The position numbers and the translations under genes were made by a program. From a virus: a DNA stretch of 64,000 bases. Under the pieces are notes generated by a model. The model saw nothing but the letters and a program-made list of their open reading frames with translations, did not search any database and had not been told where the DNA came from. The stretch spans positions 1 through 64,000 of the IMG/VR virus record IMGVR_UViG_3300007511_000004, one strand, 5' to 3'. Shown here piece by piece: positions 20,601 through 29,914 of the stretch (position 1 is its first letter; each line of letters starts with the position of its first letter).

Positions 20601-22938
20601 GGGTTCGCTCGAAGATGCTCTTACTACCCTACCCCCATCGGTCGGCCAAATCCTCGGTTCAGTATTCGACCGCATCTCGCCAACCTGGAGAGAATACGTT
20701 TGGGGATGGGCAGGCGTTGATTCACGGGAGACTGAAGAACAACTTCTCAATGGTGGCATCGGTAGCACTAATGAGCAAACCTTTGGTAGATTTGCTACAA
20801 GATTGTTTATCCCACGTATTCGTTCAAGAGAGATCCGATTCCGTGCGACTGGGCTTCTTCCGAATACTCGCCACTATCCATTCTTTGATGGTACCCGCGT
20901 AGACGACTATACGGTACAGATGAGTCGGATCGGCGTTGAATTTGGCCCTTCAACTAATGGTGGTTGGAGATGGTCACGCCGAGCAGATTGGTGGGTATGG
21001 GCCGGATGGCGCAATCGTCTATTCCGTAGATGGTCGTGGCAGTATTGGCATCCTTATTGGGAGGAGACCGCACCAACTTCAACTGCAAGCGCTCTTATCT
21101 CAGATGCAAATGGTACGATTGAAGGATCTTTCTTTATACCAAATGATGACAACCTTCAATTCTTTGCGGGTACTAGAGTCTTTAGCCTCTTCGATATTAC
21201 TAATGAAGATGCAGAGAACTCGACATCACGTGCGTGGGCCGAGTATCTCGCAGAAGGTACAAATATAGTTAACTTCAGACGTCGCCCAGTTCCAAGACCC
21301 CCAAGGCCGCCGCGCGATGATGACGGCGGTGGCGGTGGTGGCGGCGGCACCGGTACCGCGCTCGTTCTTGGCCTATATCTGCTCTTCATATTCGATCCAG
21401 TAGCACAGTCGTTTAAAATCGATAATCCTGAAGGTGCGCATATCACTAAGATTGGGGTATACTTCCAATCTAAGGATACTGCAAACAATATACCGATCGA
21501 TTGTGAAATTAGACCTATGGTTAATGGTTATCCATCATCTGATACAATCGTCTCGGGCGCCTTTAAACAACTTACCCCGGGTGATGTCAATACTTCATCC
21601 GATGCAAGTGCGGTAACTTACTTCGAATTCGATCAGCCGGTATACCTCGAGGGTAACGGTAAAGAATATGCAATGGTCCTAAGAGCTGGTACTGATGCAT
21701 ATAACGTCTGGATCTCGAGAGTAGGTGACTTGATCTTAGGTTCTACGGATAAAAAGATCACTAAACAGCCCACTGTTGGATCATTCTTCAAATCGCAGAA
21801 CGGTTCGACCTGGGAGCCATCGCAATGGGATGACCTTAAGTTTGACATCTATAGAGCAGACTTTGAAACCTCTGGCACGGCTATTTTCCACAACGATGCA
21901 TATCCTTCGAAGCTTCTGATACCGAATCCGGTTCTATTCGATAGTGGGAATGATGAGGTTCGAGTTATTGATCCGAATCACGGTCTACAGGTTGGGGATA
22001 CAATCCAGTTGGAAGGGATTGACTCATCGGCATCTTATCCGCTTACGTCAGTAAACTCCATTGTCGGAGATCGAGTAATTACTAAGATCGATGGCACCGG
22101 ATTTACATTCGACGCTGACTCATCGGCAACAGCTTCAACTAGAACTGGTGGACACGGAGTATATACAGCAGATAACGTTCTTATGGATACGATCTATCTT
22201 TCAGCTGAAACTGCTACTCCACCCGGAACTGCCGTATCCTTCCAAGGTAAGTTCATGTCTGGTAAATCGCTAGCTGGTTCTGAAACCCCCTACGCATTAG
22301 AGGGATCATATGGACATTCGATGACCCCATTCCAAGAGTATAATTTCGATGCACCTAGAATGGTAGCTTCGGAGGTACTGGAAGGGGTTGGTAGTAATCC
22401 TACCCACAGTGCATACGTTAAAGGTAGCCTAACCACTCAATCAAGTTGGGTATCTCCTGTGATCTCTGCAGAGAGATGTTCAATTACCGCTATCAATAAC
22501 TTGATTGATAGGCAGGATTCCGCCGCTAGCACAAACTATAACGTACCTATTAGCTACATCGGTGAAGACGATCCATTTGGTGGTACGTCATTGGCTAAAT
22601 ACGTAACCAAATCGGTAACATTGGAAGAAGATGCAGTAGGTCTAAAAGTTATTATGGCTGCTCATAGACCGAGTGGGACTTACCTCGAGGTTTACTATAA
22701 AACCACTTCCGGTGATACGGCTCTTAATGATACTGGCTGGACACTTGCTCCTGTGGATAACGTGGTACAAACCGATGAGAATCCGAATAAGTATAGAGAA
22801 TATCGCTATACTATCGGTGGGGATAATGGCACACTTCCAGCATTCACTACTTTCCAAATGAAGGTAGTTATGAAATCTACCAATAGTTCTAAAGTTCCAA
22901 TTCTGAAGGACTTCCGAGCAATTGCACTTACAGTATAA
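17602..22938 (+). CDS. Large virion structural protein (VrlC/DUF4815-like)
   Basis: YKDDY..YHRILF..KALQARELTQSQ, APGAHRY, RTREESGSY, NRRYTMRD, DPVAQSF, GSFFKSQNGSTW, VPILKDFRAIA. Confidence 0.85.
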   Translation: MATTLVQNTFANTYKDDYSDSDHYHRILFNGGKALQARELTQSQTIIQKEIERLGNNLFKDGGAVNPVQNVLVDTNYSFVKLQDETSLSSSLVGTTFTATSGVKGKVLRVISAEDSDPATLYVQYIYGSGVSAHSTFQAGENISNGSESFTVQTTNTTANPAVGNGTKANVDAGDFFAVGHFVHASAQEVVLSKYSTTPTEVLGFIVNEEIVTEADDTGLYDNQSGNPNLTAPGAHRYRIRLTLSKQSDAAATDTFIFVCNIINGSVEQINTGRDDYNKILDLMAERTREESGSYVVKPFTAFFEADSDDGFLKLNIADGIGYINGYRAAPGPQKIRVSKPTTTLAFNNEAVAANYGNFINVSSIKGLPNIGTYEVWNLKDNATYASGNTIGTARIRAVEESGGNHRFHIFDLKMHTGKNFRDVRSIGTSSTRRGILVLENGVAVIKEANNNNAFFALSKSRPSSIGNDHTYNVLRYATGSVSSNQTTISNAGASEAWSSTDDWIITRGDTGAIVTPTSVTISEPNATINTSGISDATTLTVIAICQKGAGSPVPYKTKTLTETTATASVTTDSDGSYIDLGKADVWSVSRVRTVDSDGTDVSSRFYVDNGQRDNFYDHGRMVLAPGQSDPGGNVFVRFKYFAHSGSGDFFTVNSYPVGTGTNQITYAQIPSYRQNDGQTIDLRDVLDFRPTINNAGTGYSGTGAIVADLPKNTDLITIDPTYYIPRKDKLTIEETGTFRYVQGTSDFDPKLPQTPGNALELYHFSLNANTLDKQDLTSRYIDNRRYTMRDVAKLHDKINKVEELATLSLLDISASTLEVLDSNGLSRTKAGFLTDDFKDHRAANVDDLEYRASIDPTMGILRPSYREKNVGLVFDSADGSVSNTILIGDDVMLNYSETLLLEQTQASRFHNVNPYTVINYNGTLTISPSSDESRDTSTISLRTNGQNEVSIETFLNNVLGEQDTQNVLTTISNNPEFGGREEFIRNNISLQSANNFTSQGSLEDALTTLPPSVGQILGSVFDRISPTWREYVWGWAGVDSRETEEQLLNGGIGSTNEQTFGRFATRLFIPRIRSREIRFRATGLLPNTRHYPFFDGTRVDDYTVQMSRIGVEFGPSTNGGWRWSRRADWWVWAGWRNRLFRRWSWQYWHPYWEETAPTSTASALISDANGTIEGSFFIPNDDNLQFFAGTRVFSLFDITNEDAENSTSRAWAEYLAEGTNIVNFRRRPVPRPPRPPRDDDGGGGGGGGTGTALVLGLYLLFIFDPVAQSFKIDNPEGAHITKIGVYFQSKDTANNIPIDCEIRPMVNGYPSSDTIVSGAFKQLTPGDVNTSSDASAVTYFEFDQPVYLEGNGKEYAMVLRAGTDAYNVWISRVGDLILGSTDKKITKQPTVGSFFKSQNGSTWEPSQWDDLKFDIYRADFETSGTAIFHNDAYPSKLLIPNPVLFDSGNDEVRVIDPNHGLQVGDTIQLEGIDSSASYPLTSVNSIVGDRVITKIDGTGFTFDADSSATASTRTGGHGVYTADNVLMDTIYLSAETATPPGTAVSFQGKFMSGKSLAGSETPYALEGSYGHSMTPFQEYNFDAPRMVASEVLEGVGSNPTHSAYVKGSLTTQSSWVSPVISAERCSITAINNLIDRQDSAASTNYNVPISYIGEDDPFGGTSLAKYVTKSVTLEEDAVGLKVIMAAHRPSGTYLEVYYKTTSGDTALNDTGWTLAPVDNVVQTDENPNKYREYRYTIGGDNGTLPAFTTFQMKVVMKSTNSSKVPILKDFRAIALTV

Positions 22939-23153
22939 TGATTAGAGTAAAAGATAACCCGGACCTAGTAAAAGACCCTAGGTCCGGGGCAGTAATAAAC
23001 GTTAATAATCGGGCTATGTTGACAGCAAAGCAGCGGAAAGAGCGGAACAGGGAAAAAGAAGCTCGATTCGATCAATTGGAACATGATGTTAGTGACATGA
23101 AGGAGATCTTAGGAGCGATCCTGGATAAATTGAATAATGAGAAAAGAGATTGA
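22938..23153 (+). CDS. Small conserved coiled-coil protein typically following the VrlC-like gene
   Basis: MIRVKDNPDLVKDPRSGAVIN followed by a coiled coil. Confidence 0.65.
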   Translation: MIRVKDNPDLVKDPRSGAVINVNNRAMLTAKQRKERNREKEARFDQLEHDVSDMKEILGAILDKLNNEKRD

Positions 23154-23700
23154 ACTCGAATCCTTTGCAGGATTTTCTGAGAAGTTAGATAATTTAGATG
23201 AGTACTCTCGGTCAAAAATCATCGAATTAATTTGGTGCATTCGAAAGGGAAAATTATCTATTACGGCATGTACATTTGATTTTGATGCATTTCTAAATAT
23301 GCTCACTGGTCCATATAAAGAGATCATTATGGAAAGAGTTGATAGAGATGCAGATGGTTGGGCAATCGATTTAGAAAGTCTTGATGATGACCGGATGGGT
23401 AAATATTATGAATACTTTAAAAACTCGAATAAGGTGGCGATAGGATACAATCTTAATCTGGAAGAAGAGGTATTTGAAGTAAAAGAATATTTCGGAACTG
23501 ATCAATATATAAGAGCTTCCAAATCCGGAGATGAGGTTCAGATTGCCAAGGCTAGAGAAGAAATAGTGTCAATCGATAAATGGCCTGGACCTAAGGGATT
23601 GATTGATATCTGTAAAACCAAGAAACTCCAAATGGCGGTTTCAACAAAAAGAGATAAAGACCAATGGTATATGAGGATTCGCGATATCGGAATCATATAA
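23137..23700 (+). CDS. Hypothetical protein
   Basis: 187-aa ORF overlapping the upstream gene; no recognised motif. Confidence 0.55.
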   Translation: MRKEIELESFAGFSEKLDNLDEYSRSKIIELIWCIRKGKLSITACTFDFDAFLNMLTGPYKEIIMERVDRDADGWAIDLESLDDDRMGKYYEYFKNSNKVAIGYNLNLEEEVFEVKEYFGTDQYIRASKSGDEVQIAKAREEIVSIDKWPGPKGLIDICKTKKLQMAVSTKRDKDQWYMRIRDIGII

Positions 23701-23703
23701 ATA
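23696..23703 (+). promoter_or_regulatory. T4 late promoter
   Basis: TATAAATA 25 nt upstream of a fibre gene. Confidence 0.7.
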
Positions 23704-23728
23704 TAAGAAACCGTAGAGAGAAATCATA

Positions 23729-24913
23729 ATGACGCAGATCAACACTACTGATACCTTTAACACTTGGCGATTGGCCCACAACGGGCTAGATTCCGACTAC
23801 CGAGCGTTTGCAGCCGCGACGCCAGCTATCACTGTTAATGATACGGGTGGCTTAGGTGCACTATCATATAATGGTAGTAATGGAGTTATTACATACGTAG
23901 GCGCAAGTAATAGTGACATTAGATCTCTATTCTCTGTTGGGCCTGGCATCATCACATACGATAGCGCTACTGGTCAATTTACTAGTACGGATGTTGTAAC
24001 CGCTACCGATTCCGGCGCTGGTGTAGCTGCATTTAGTGCGGATAACTTCTTGATAGATGCAGGCGTCGTGTCGATCAAGGTGGGTGGTGTGGATTCCGAT
24101 AATCTTACATCCAACGCAGTCACTACTACAAAAATTGCTAATGATGCAGTGACCTACGCTAAAATCCAAAACGTTGGAACAGCTAATAGAGTACTTGGCT
24201 CAACTTCTGCCGGTGGCATAGTATCTGAGGTTCAGGTACAAACCAACATGATAGCGAACGTTGCAATTACTCAAGCCAAAATTGCTAATGATGCAGTAGG
24301 TACCGGCCAAATCGAAGCCCAGGGCGCTAATGAAGTCTTGATATTCGATGCATCGGGAGATCCAACTGCCAGTAAGATTTCCGCTAATAATATCAACAGT
24401 AATGCAGTCACTACTGCTAAGATTAACAGCAGCGCGGTTACTGCTACAGAACTTGCTAGTAATGCAGTCACTACTGCTAAGATTAACAATGACGCTGTCA
24501 CTACCGCTAAGATTAACAGCAGCGCAGTTACTGATACAGAACTTGCTAGTAATGCAGTCACTACTGCTAAGATTAACAATGACGCTGTCACTTATGCTAA
24601 AATCCAGAATGTTGTAACAGCTAATAGAGTACTTGGCTCAACTTCAGCTAGCGGCATAGTATCTGAGGTTCAGGTACAATCCAACATGGTAGCTGACGAT
24701 GCAATAACTTACGGGAAAATCCAGAATGTTGTAACGGCTAACAGACTATTAGGTTCAACTTCTGCCGGTGGCATAGTATCTGAGGTTCAGGTGCAAACCA
24801 ACATGGTAGCTGATGATGCAATAACTCGCGCTAAGCTTGCAAATGAGGTATCACTCGTGGTATATAACTCGGGCGGCTCGGCAGTTAAGACCCTATATGG
24901 GGCAGGATCATAA
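23729..24913 (+). CDS. Tail fibre-like repeat protein
   Basis: INTTDTFNTWR N-terminus; (N/S)xAVTTAKI decapeptide repeats. Confidence 0.75.
   Translation: MTQINTTDTFNTWRLAHNGLDSDYRAFAAATPAITVNDTGGLGALSYNGSNGVITYVGASNSDIRSLFSVGPGIITYDSATGQFTSTDVVTATDSGAGVAAFSADNFLIDAGVVSIKVGGVDSDNLTSNAVTTTKIANDAVTYAKIQNVGTANRVLGSTSAGGIVSEVQVQTNMIANVAITQAKIANDAVGTGQIEAQGANEVLIFDASGDPTASKISANNINSNAVTTAKINSSAVTATELASNAVTTAKINNDAVTTAKINSSAVTDTELASNAVTTAKINNDAVTYAKIQNVVTANRVLGSTSASGIVSEVQVQSNMVADDAITYGKIQNVVTANRLLGSTSAGGIVSEVQVQTNMVADDAITRAKLANEVSLVVYNSGGSAVKTLYGAGS
24112..24840 (+). repeat. Intragenic repeats: 30-nt units (NAVTTAKINN/S) and three copies of a ~40-aa module
   Basis: agtaatgcagtcactactgctaagattaac occurs three times in 24398-24580; the ANRVLGSTSAGGIVSEVQVQ module occurs three times. 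Confidence 0.85.
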
Positions 24914-24925
24914 TAAAGGTAGATT

Positions 24926-25852
24926 ATGGCAGTTCGTAGACCACTCATCCTTGATGGGTCCAATAACCTAATAGAAATGACTGATGCCCAGCTAAATCAG
25001 GTCAGAGATCGGTGTCGTTATCTGTATGGGGCTAGCCCATCTGTAACTCTTTCACGGGTCGCTTCCGCTGGTAGTCTGTCGGGATTTAATGACACTAGAA
25101 TGCAAGCTGGGGCGTATTCGACGAACGCATCCGGTTATCCGGCCGAAACCACAACGGCCGAACCATCAACGGTTACTGTTACCCATGATAAAATTTCTGA
25201 ATCGGTTGCCAGTACATCTCAACCTGCTGATACCAATAGTGTAGCGTTCCCGGTTTATAATAATGGTGGCAATATTCGGGCTATGACAGCAACGGATATG
25301 TATGACACCTTCATTTATAGTGCGATTGATACTATACAAGGTTCCACCGGTCAACCAGGAACTTATTATATCCACACCTCTACTTCTCTCAGTGGATATA
25401 CTGCTGTTAGTACAAGTTCGGTTTTCAGTGACACTCGAGCAAATACAGCGTCTTATACTGCAGCGGGTATTCCAGAAACACTAGATCAGCCATCTACGAT
25501 AACCAATTATTATCTTTTGAAGGCAAATAATATGGGCGCGCCGAGTATGTCTCTGCCGATTTATATTCGTAATTCTGATAAGAATTTGCAGCAATTTACT
25601 CAAGGTAATATAGATACCCAGCTACAGAATTTTATGAGACACGCTGCAGCGGGCGTGACTGGGACTAGATTGAGATTCAATGTTAATGGGTCTGGAACTA
25701 TCCAGGGAACGGGTATGGTAGATACTAAACTAAACGGTTCGGGTAATTATCAAACAAGGTTTGTTTCTGGGAACGATTACCGAGCGCAGGAATTCCCTAA
25801 CGGGTCCGCTGTTACTATCTCAACAAACTACCTAAGATTAAATCAAACATAA
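24926..25852 (+). CDS. Putative virion/fibre-associated protein
   Basis: Ser/Thr/Gly-rich 308 aa with internal duplication; directly after a fibre gene. Confidence 0.55.
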   Translation: MAVRRPLILDGSNNLIEMTDAQLNQVRDRCRYLYGASPSVTLSRVASAGSLSGFNDTRMQAGAYSTNASGYPAETTTAEPSTVTVTHDKISESVASTSQPADTNSVAFPVYNNGGNIRAMTATDMYDTFIYSAIDTIQGSTGQPGTYYIHTSTSLSGYTAVSTSSVFSDTRANTASYTAAGIPETLDQPSTITNYYLLKANNMGAPSMSLPIYIRNSDKNLQQFTQGNIDTQLQNFMRHAAAGVTGTRLRFNVNGSGTIQGTGMVDTKLNGSGNYQTRFVSGNDYRAQEFPNGSAVTISTNYLRLNQT

Positions 25853-25862
25853 GGCTTTCAAT

Positions 25863-26369
25863 ATGGGCGTACTCGAAAATCATAAAGTCGTATCGGCAAC
25901 ATTTTCTAATCCCCAACATGATACCATCGAGGTATTATGGGCGGACGAGGAAAATGTCATTCGATCTCACTTCATCCCAGCCAACGATCTGGAAAATGCG
26001 GATTATAAGTATCTTAGCTCAATTGGGTGGGATTATGAGCGAATTATCGTGGAAACATCTACAGTTCAAAGGGGCGAGATCAAGGCCCTTAGAACTATCC
26101 ATCGCTTTTTGGCGAAAGATGAGGTAGCTAGACTAGAGGCGGAACAACATAAAAAGCTCGATCAGCTTAAACAGGCAGAGCTTGAGAAATCCAATATCAT
26201 TAGTGCAATCCTAAATGGAAATAAAGACGATGAAGCGGTCTTTAGAGCTAAATTGGCGATCTTTGAAGTTCCGGCGATCAAGGAAAGCAAGGATAAGTCA
26301 CTTAAGACTAATATTCGTAAGTGTACTAATCTAATCGATCTTATTGTGCTACTTAAGGGTCATATCTAA
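25863..26369 (+). CDS. Hypothetical protein (possible fibre assembly chaperone)
   Basis: 168-aa ORF with a helical C-terminus, following fibre genes. Confidence 0.45.
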   Translation: MGVLENHKVVSATFSNPQHDTIEVLWADEENVIRSHFIPANDLENADYKYLSSIGWDYERIIVETSTVQRGEIKALRTIHRFLAKDEVARLEAEQHKKLDQLKQAELEKSNIISAILNGNKDDEAVFRAKLAIFEVPAIKESKDKSLKTNIRKCTNLIDLIVLLKGHI

Positions 26370-26395
26370 TCCTAACCTAATATAATGTGTAAATT

Positions 26396-26998
26396 ATGAA
26401 TGTAATTTTTGTTAAGTTTGGGGAGAAGTACAAATCCTCAGATGTTAATCGGTTAGCCTCCCTTAATACGGTTGGTAATATGTATTGCTATACCGATGAT
26501 CCGAAGGGTCTTGATCCCAGAATCACACCTATTGAACCGATAAGAAGATTAAATGGGGTTTGGAATAAATTAGCGCTATTCAGTAGAAATTTCCCCGTTC
26601 AGGGAACCTTCCTCTATGTGGATATCGACACGGTGGTCAGATCCTTACCGACCCTCTTTAATCCCCATGATTCCCTATACCTCATCCACAATTCCCAGAA
26701 GCTTGATCTTATAACCCCGACCAATTACGATGTTACAATTAATTCATCCGTTATGGTATACGATAACACTCGGGAGTCCATCCGGGGAATCTGGGATTAT
26801 TTTGTTGGGTCGGGTTTGACTGACTATTATCTTCGAAAATATTGTGGGATAGATCGTTTCATTTACCATGAAGGTTTCGAGACAAAGCCACACGGGTTAT
26901 CTTCCTCATATAAATATGATACGACCCACGATAGATCGTTTATAACCTATGAAGAATGTTACGATGAATATTTACAAAAACGCCCTGAAGCTAACTGA
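26396..26998 (+). CDS. GT-A-type glycosyltransferase
   Basis: VKFGEKY..DVNRL, YCYTDD, GVWNKLALF, LYVDID (DxD), INSSVM. Confidence 0.75.
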   Translation: MNVIFVKFGEKYKSSDVNRLASLNTVGNMYCYTDDPKGLDPRITPIEPIRRLNGVWNKLALFSRNFPVQGTFLYVDIDTVVRSLPTLFNPHDSLYLIHNSQKLDLITPTNYDVTINSSVMVYDNTRESIRGIWDYFVGSGLTDYYLRKYCGIDRFIYHEGFETKPHGLSSSYKYDTTHDRSFITYEECYDEYLQKRPEAN

Positions 26999-27581
26999 AG
27001 AAATCTACGAAATTTCTAAATATGGTGAAAACGATCTTTATAGAATTCCTGATATAGTGCACTCACTCGACTCTAAACAATGGGAGTCAAAGAAGTGGTT
27101 AGTAACCGAACTGGAAAAGGCATGGGAATGGGTAGGTGGTAGAATATATATTGCCGGCGGGTGGTATGGACTTCTAGCACATCTCCTCTATACTGGCAAA
27201 TTTACTCGGCCTGATTTCTATATCACAAGCGGCGACATCGATCCGGAGGCCTCTTACTATGGCCGAAAACTATTTCCTTCGGCTGATCACGATTTCCAAT
27301 TTGTTGAAGAAGATAGTTTTGCAGATCTTCCGGAATGTGAGATATGGATCACAACCTCTGGCGAGCATGTGGACCCCGATATTCTCAAAAAACTTATAAA
27401 GAATAAGCCGTATGAGATGTTAATGGTCGTACAATCGAACGATTATTTCAGTCACCCCAGTCATATCAACTGCTATAAGACCCTGGATGAATTTGTTAAT
27501 TCCCTAGGATTTCAATATGTTTGGTACCAAGGCGCACTCAATCTCGGGGATTTTAATAGATGGATGGTAATTGGACAATGA
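26949..27581 (+). CDS. Class I SAM-dependent methyltransferase-like protein
   Basis: QWESKKWL, IAGGWYG, DIDP, TTSGEH, QSNDY, RWMVIG. Confidence 0.65.
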   Translation: MKNVTMNIYKNALKLTEEIYEISKYGENDLYRIPDIVHSLDSKQWESKKWLVTELEKAWEWVGGRIYIAGGWYGLLAHLLYTGKFTRPDFYITSGDIDPEASYYGRKLFPSADHDFQFVEEDSFADLPECEIWITTSGEHVDPDILKKLIKNKPYEMLMVVQSNDYFSHPSHINCYKTLDEFVNSLGFQYVWYQGALNLGDFNRWMVIGQ

Positions 27582-28450
27582 CCAAAAAGATAATCTTCTC
27601 CATCTATATCGATATTCCCGAAGATCGACTGGATAATCCCGGTGGGTATGATTGGAAGACCGGTGAACAAAAGACTACTGATAAGAGCCTAAAGGTTAAG
27701 AATTCCTTTGCCGAGTATAGTAATGAACTGGAGTCGAGGCAGCGAGCATATGCCGAGACTATCGGTTCTCATTACGTTTTACATGAATACGATCAGGAGT
27801 ATCTAAATTTTTGCCAGATGTTCAAAGGGGAGTTTCCTCAGATATCAGAATATGATATTGTAAATTTCTACAAACATTGGTTAATGAAGGTACATGCCGA
27901 GAACTACGATCAAGTGTGTTACCTTGATTTTGATGTCATTCCCAACACTAATGAAGATATATTCGAAGCGCATGATAATGATAAGTTTGCCTGTGCCGAG
28001 CAGAATGATGACGCGTTTTGGGGCAAGAATTGTAAAGCTGATGCATATAACACCTGCATCAGGAATCCTGCATCGAAGTATTGGAATTGTCATGCCATGC
28101 TGATGGAGGAGGGATTCGATCCGGATACTGATGTATTTAATACTGCTATTATGATAGCTACCGCAGAACAAATTAAGAAGCTGGATTACTTTGGAGATTT
28201 CAAAGAGGTTCTAAACCTTATGACCGAACTAAAGAATGATGAATACTCGATGTATCCGTTCCAAATCCAACGTATTTTTAATTACGATAATGAAACGGTT
28301 TTTGCCTATAAAAGAGTGATTAATGGGATCGAGGTAGACTATATTGATGAGCTATGGCATAATAGGCTGACCCGTGCCCATCACGACATTAACCCTGAAG
28401 CTAAGATGTATCATGTCATACATAAAAGGTTTGATCTGGTGTTACTATGA
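27560..28450 (+). CDS. Glycosyltransferase-like protein (GT-A)
   Basis: FYKH, YDQVCYLDFDV (DxD), FNTAIM, DNET, MYHVIHK. Confidence 0.65.
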   Translation: MDGNWTMTKKIIFSIYIDIPEDRLDNPGGYDWKTGEQKTTDKSLKVKNSFAEYSNELESRQRAYAETIGSHYVLHEYDQEYLNFCQMFKGEFPQISEYDIVNFYKHWLMKVHAENYDQVCYLDFDVIPNTNEDIFEAHDNDKFACAEQNDDAFWGKNCKADAYNTCIRNPASKYWNCHAMLMEEGFDPDTDVFNTAIMIATAEQIKKLDYFGDFKEVLNLMTELKNDEYSMYPFQIQRIFNYDNETVFAYKRVINGIEVDYIDELWHNRLTRAHHDINPEAKMYHVIHKRFDLVLL

Positions 28451-29154
28451 TAGTCTATTGCGTTCGGATCGGTGAAAAGTATGGGATTGAATATGAGCAA
28501 TATATCGAGAAAAAGCTTTGCGACTATGACGTACAGTGGATAAGAGAACCGTATGCGGAGGGAGTCGCTTTACAGTGGAATAAGATGCTACCCATGTCAT
28601 TGGACATTAATGAGCCCGTGTGCGTAATCGACATTGACCTGTTTCTAATCAATGACTATATTAAACTGTTTGAATATCCAATTGAGCGTGGCGAGTTTCT
28701 TGCAATACCTGGTTGGTGGCGTGGCGAAGCGGATTATAAAATTAACGGAGGATTCTTTAAATACTATCCGACTGATTGTAAATACATTTACGATACCTTT
28801 ATGGAGGATCCTAGACATTGGCAGGATTACTATATCAAGAATGGCACTACGACCGGTCCAGTTAACGGGGAACAGTATTTTGTTGAGGACCAGGTTAACA
28901 AGCGGTTAAAGCTAAAATTGATCCCGGACTCATGGATCACTCGCTGGGCCACGGAAAGTACTATAGAGTATTCCAGCTACAATTATGACTTTGAAGAATG
29001 GTCAATGTTTATGAATATGGAGTATATTAAAAAGACCGGCAATGAATACTGTTACATGGAAGGGGAATTCCATCCTGATATCAAGATGGTACACTTCACT
29101 AACACCATAAACAAGCCCGACGAATGGGAACACTATGACGAATACGTTCGCTGA
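28447..29154 (+). CDS. GT-A-type glycosyltransferase
   Basis: CVRIGEKY, QWNKM, VIDID, INGGF, GEQYFV, KMVHF. Confidence 0.7.
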   Translation: MIVYCVRIGEKYGIEYEQYIEKKLCDYDVQWIREPYAEGVALQWNKMLPMSLDINEPVCVIDIDLFLINDYIKLFEYPIERGEFLAIPGWWRGEADYKINGGFFKYYPTDCKYIYDTFMEDPRHWQDYYIKNGTTTGPVNGEQYFVEDQVNKRLKLKLIPDSWITRWATESTIEYSSYNYDFEEWSMFMNMEYIKKTGNEYCYMEGEFHPDIKMVHFTNTINKPDEWEHYDEYVR

Positions 29155-29914
29155 CCATTACGATAATAATGAACTGATCATGTGGGTTGACCTATCGACA
29201 TATTGTAATGCTGGTTGTCCCCAGTGTCATAGGACCGAACTAGAGGGACTAGGAAAGATAGATTGGTTACCCCTCATACAATGGTCAATTCAAGAATTTA
29301 AGAGCGCTTTCCCGGTCGAGACATTATCCCATTATGCTAAATGGGAATTCTGCGGCACCTGGGGTGACCCAGTGATGAATAAGGATTTATTTAAAATTGT
29401 AGAATATGTCCTTGAGAATTCCGATGCCGGAATTCAGATCAACACTAATGGGAGTATAAGAGATCCTCAGTGGTGGTGGGATCTGGGGGTATTAGGCGGG
29501 GAAAGACTTCGGGTATGGTTTGATATAGATGGCGTCACACAGGAGATGCATAGTAAATATCGACAGAAAACTGATCTGGAAAAAATCAAAGAAAATGTAG
29601 AATCCTATTGTGCAACAAATGGAAAGGCGAACGTTATGGTTATCGTCTTCAAACACAACCAAGATCACCTCTGGGAAATTCATGATATGATTCGGGGGTT
29701 GGGTATGACCGGAGAGATTCTATTTACTGAATCCAACAGATTTTACCGTAGGGATTACCACCTCTCTCGAGATGAAAATGGCAATGAGGTGCGACTAGAA
29801 CAATCAACCTTAAATGGGGATCACCCCCTTCTAAGTGATAAGATACCTATAAGAGATCATAAATGGTTAAAAAAATTCATTGCAAGTGGGAACAAGACAA
29901 AAGACTGTTGGTAA
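29135..29914 (+). CDS. Radical SAM enzyme (core domain)
   Basis: CNAGCPQC, CGTWGDP, INTNGS, DIDG. Confidence 0.85.
   Translation: MTNTFADHYDNNELIMWVDLSTYCNAGCPQCHRTELEGLGKIDWLPLIQWSIQEFKSAFPVETLSHYAKWEFCGTWGDPVMNKDLFKIVEYVLENSDAGIQINTNGSIRDPQWWWDLGVLGGERLRVWFDIDGVTQEMHSKYRQKTDLEKIKENVESYCATNGKANVMVIVFKHNQDHLWEIHDMIRGLGMTGEILFTESNRFYRRDYHLSRDENGNEVRLEQSTLNGDHPLLSDKIPIRDHKWLKKFIASGNKTKDCW

Noticed and set aside
24398-24600. 30-nt direct repeats superficially like a CRISPR array
   Set aside because: They are in-frame decapeptide repeats of a fibre gene; the intervening sequences are themselves repeated and no cas genes are present.
26355-26390. Sigma70 promoter for the glycosylation island
   Set aside because: TATAAT at 26381 is present but there is no convincing -35 box, so it was not called.
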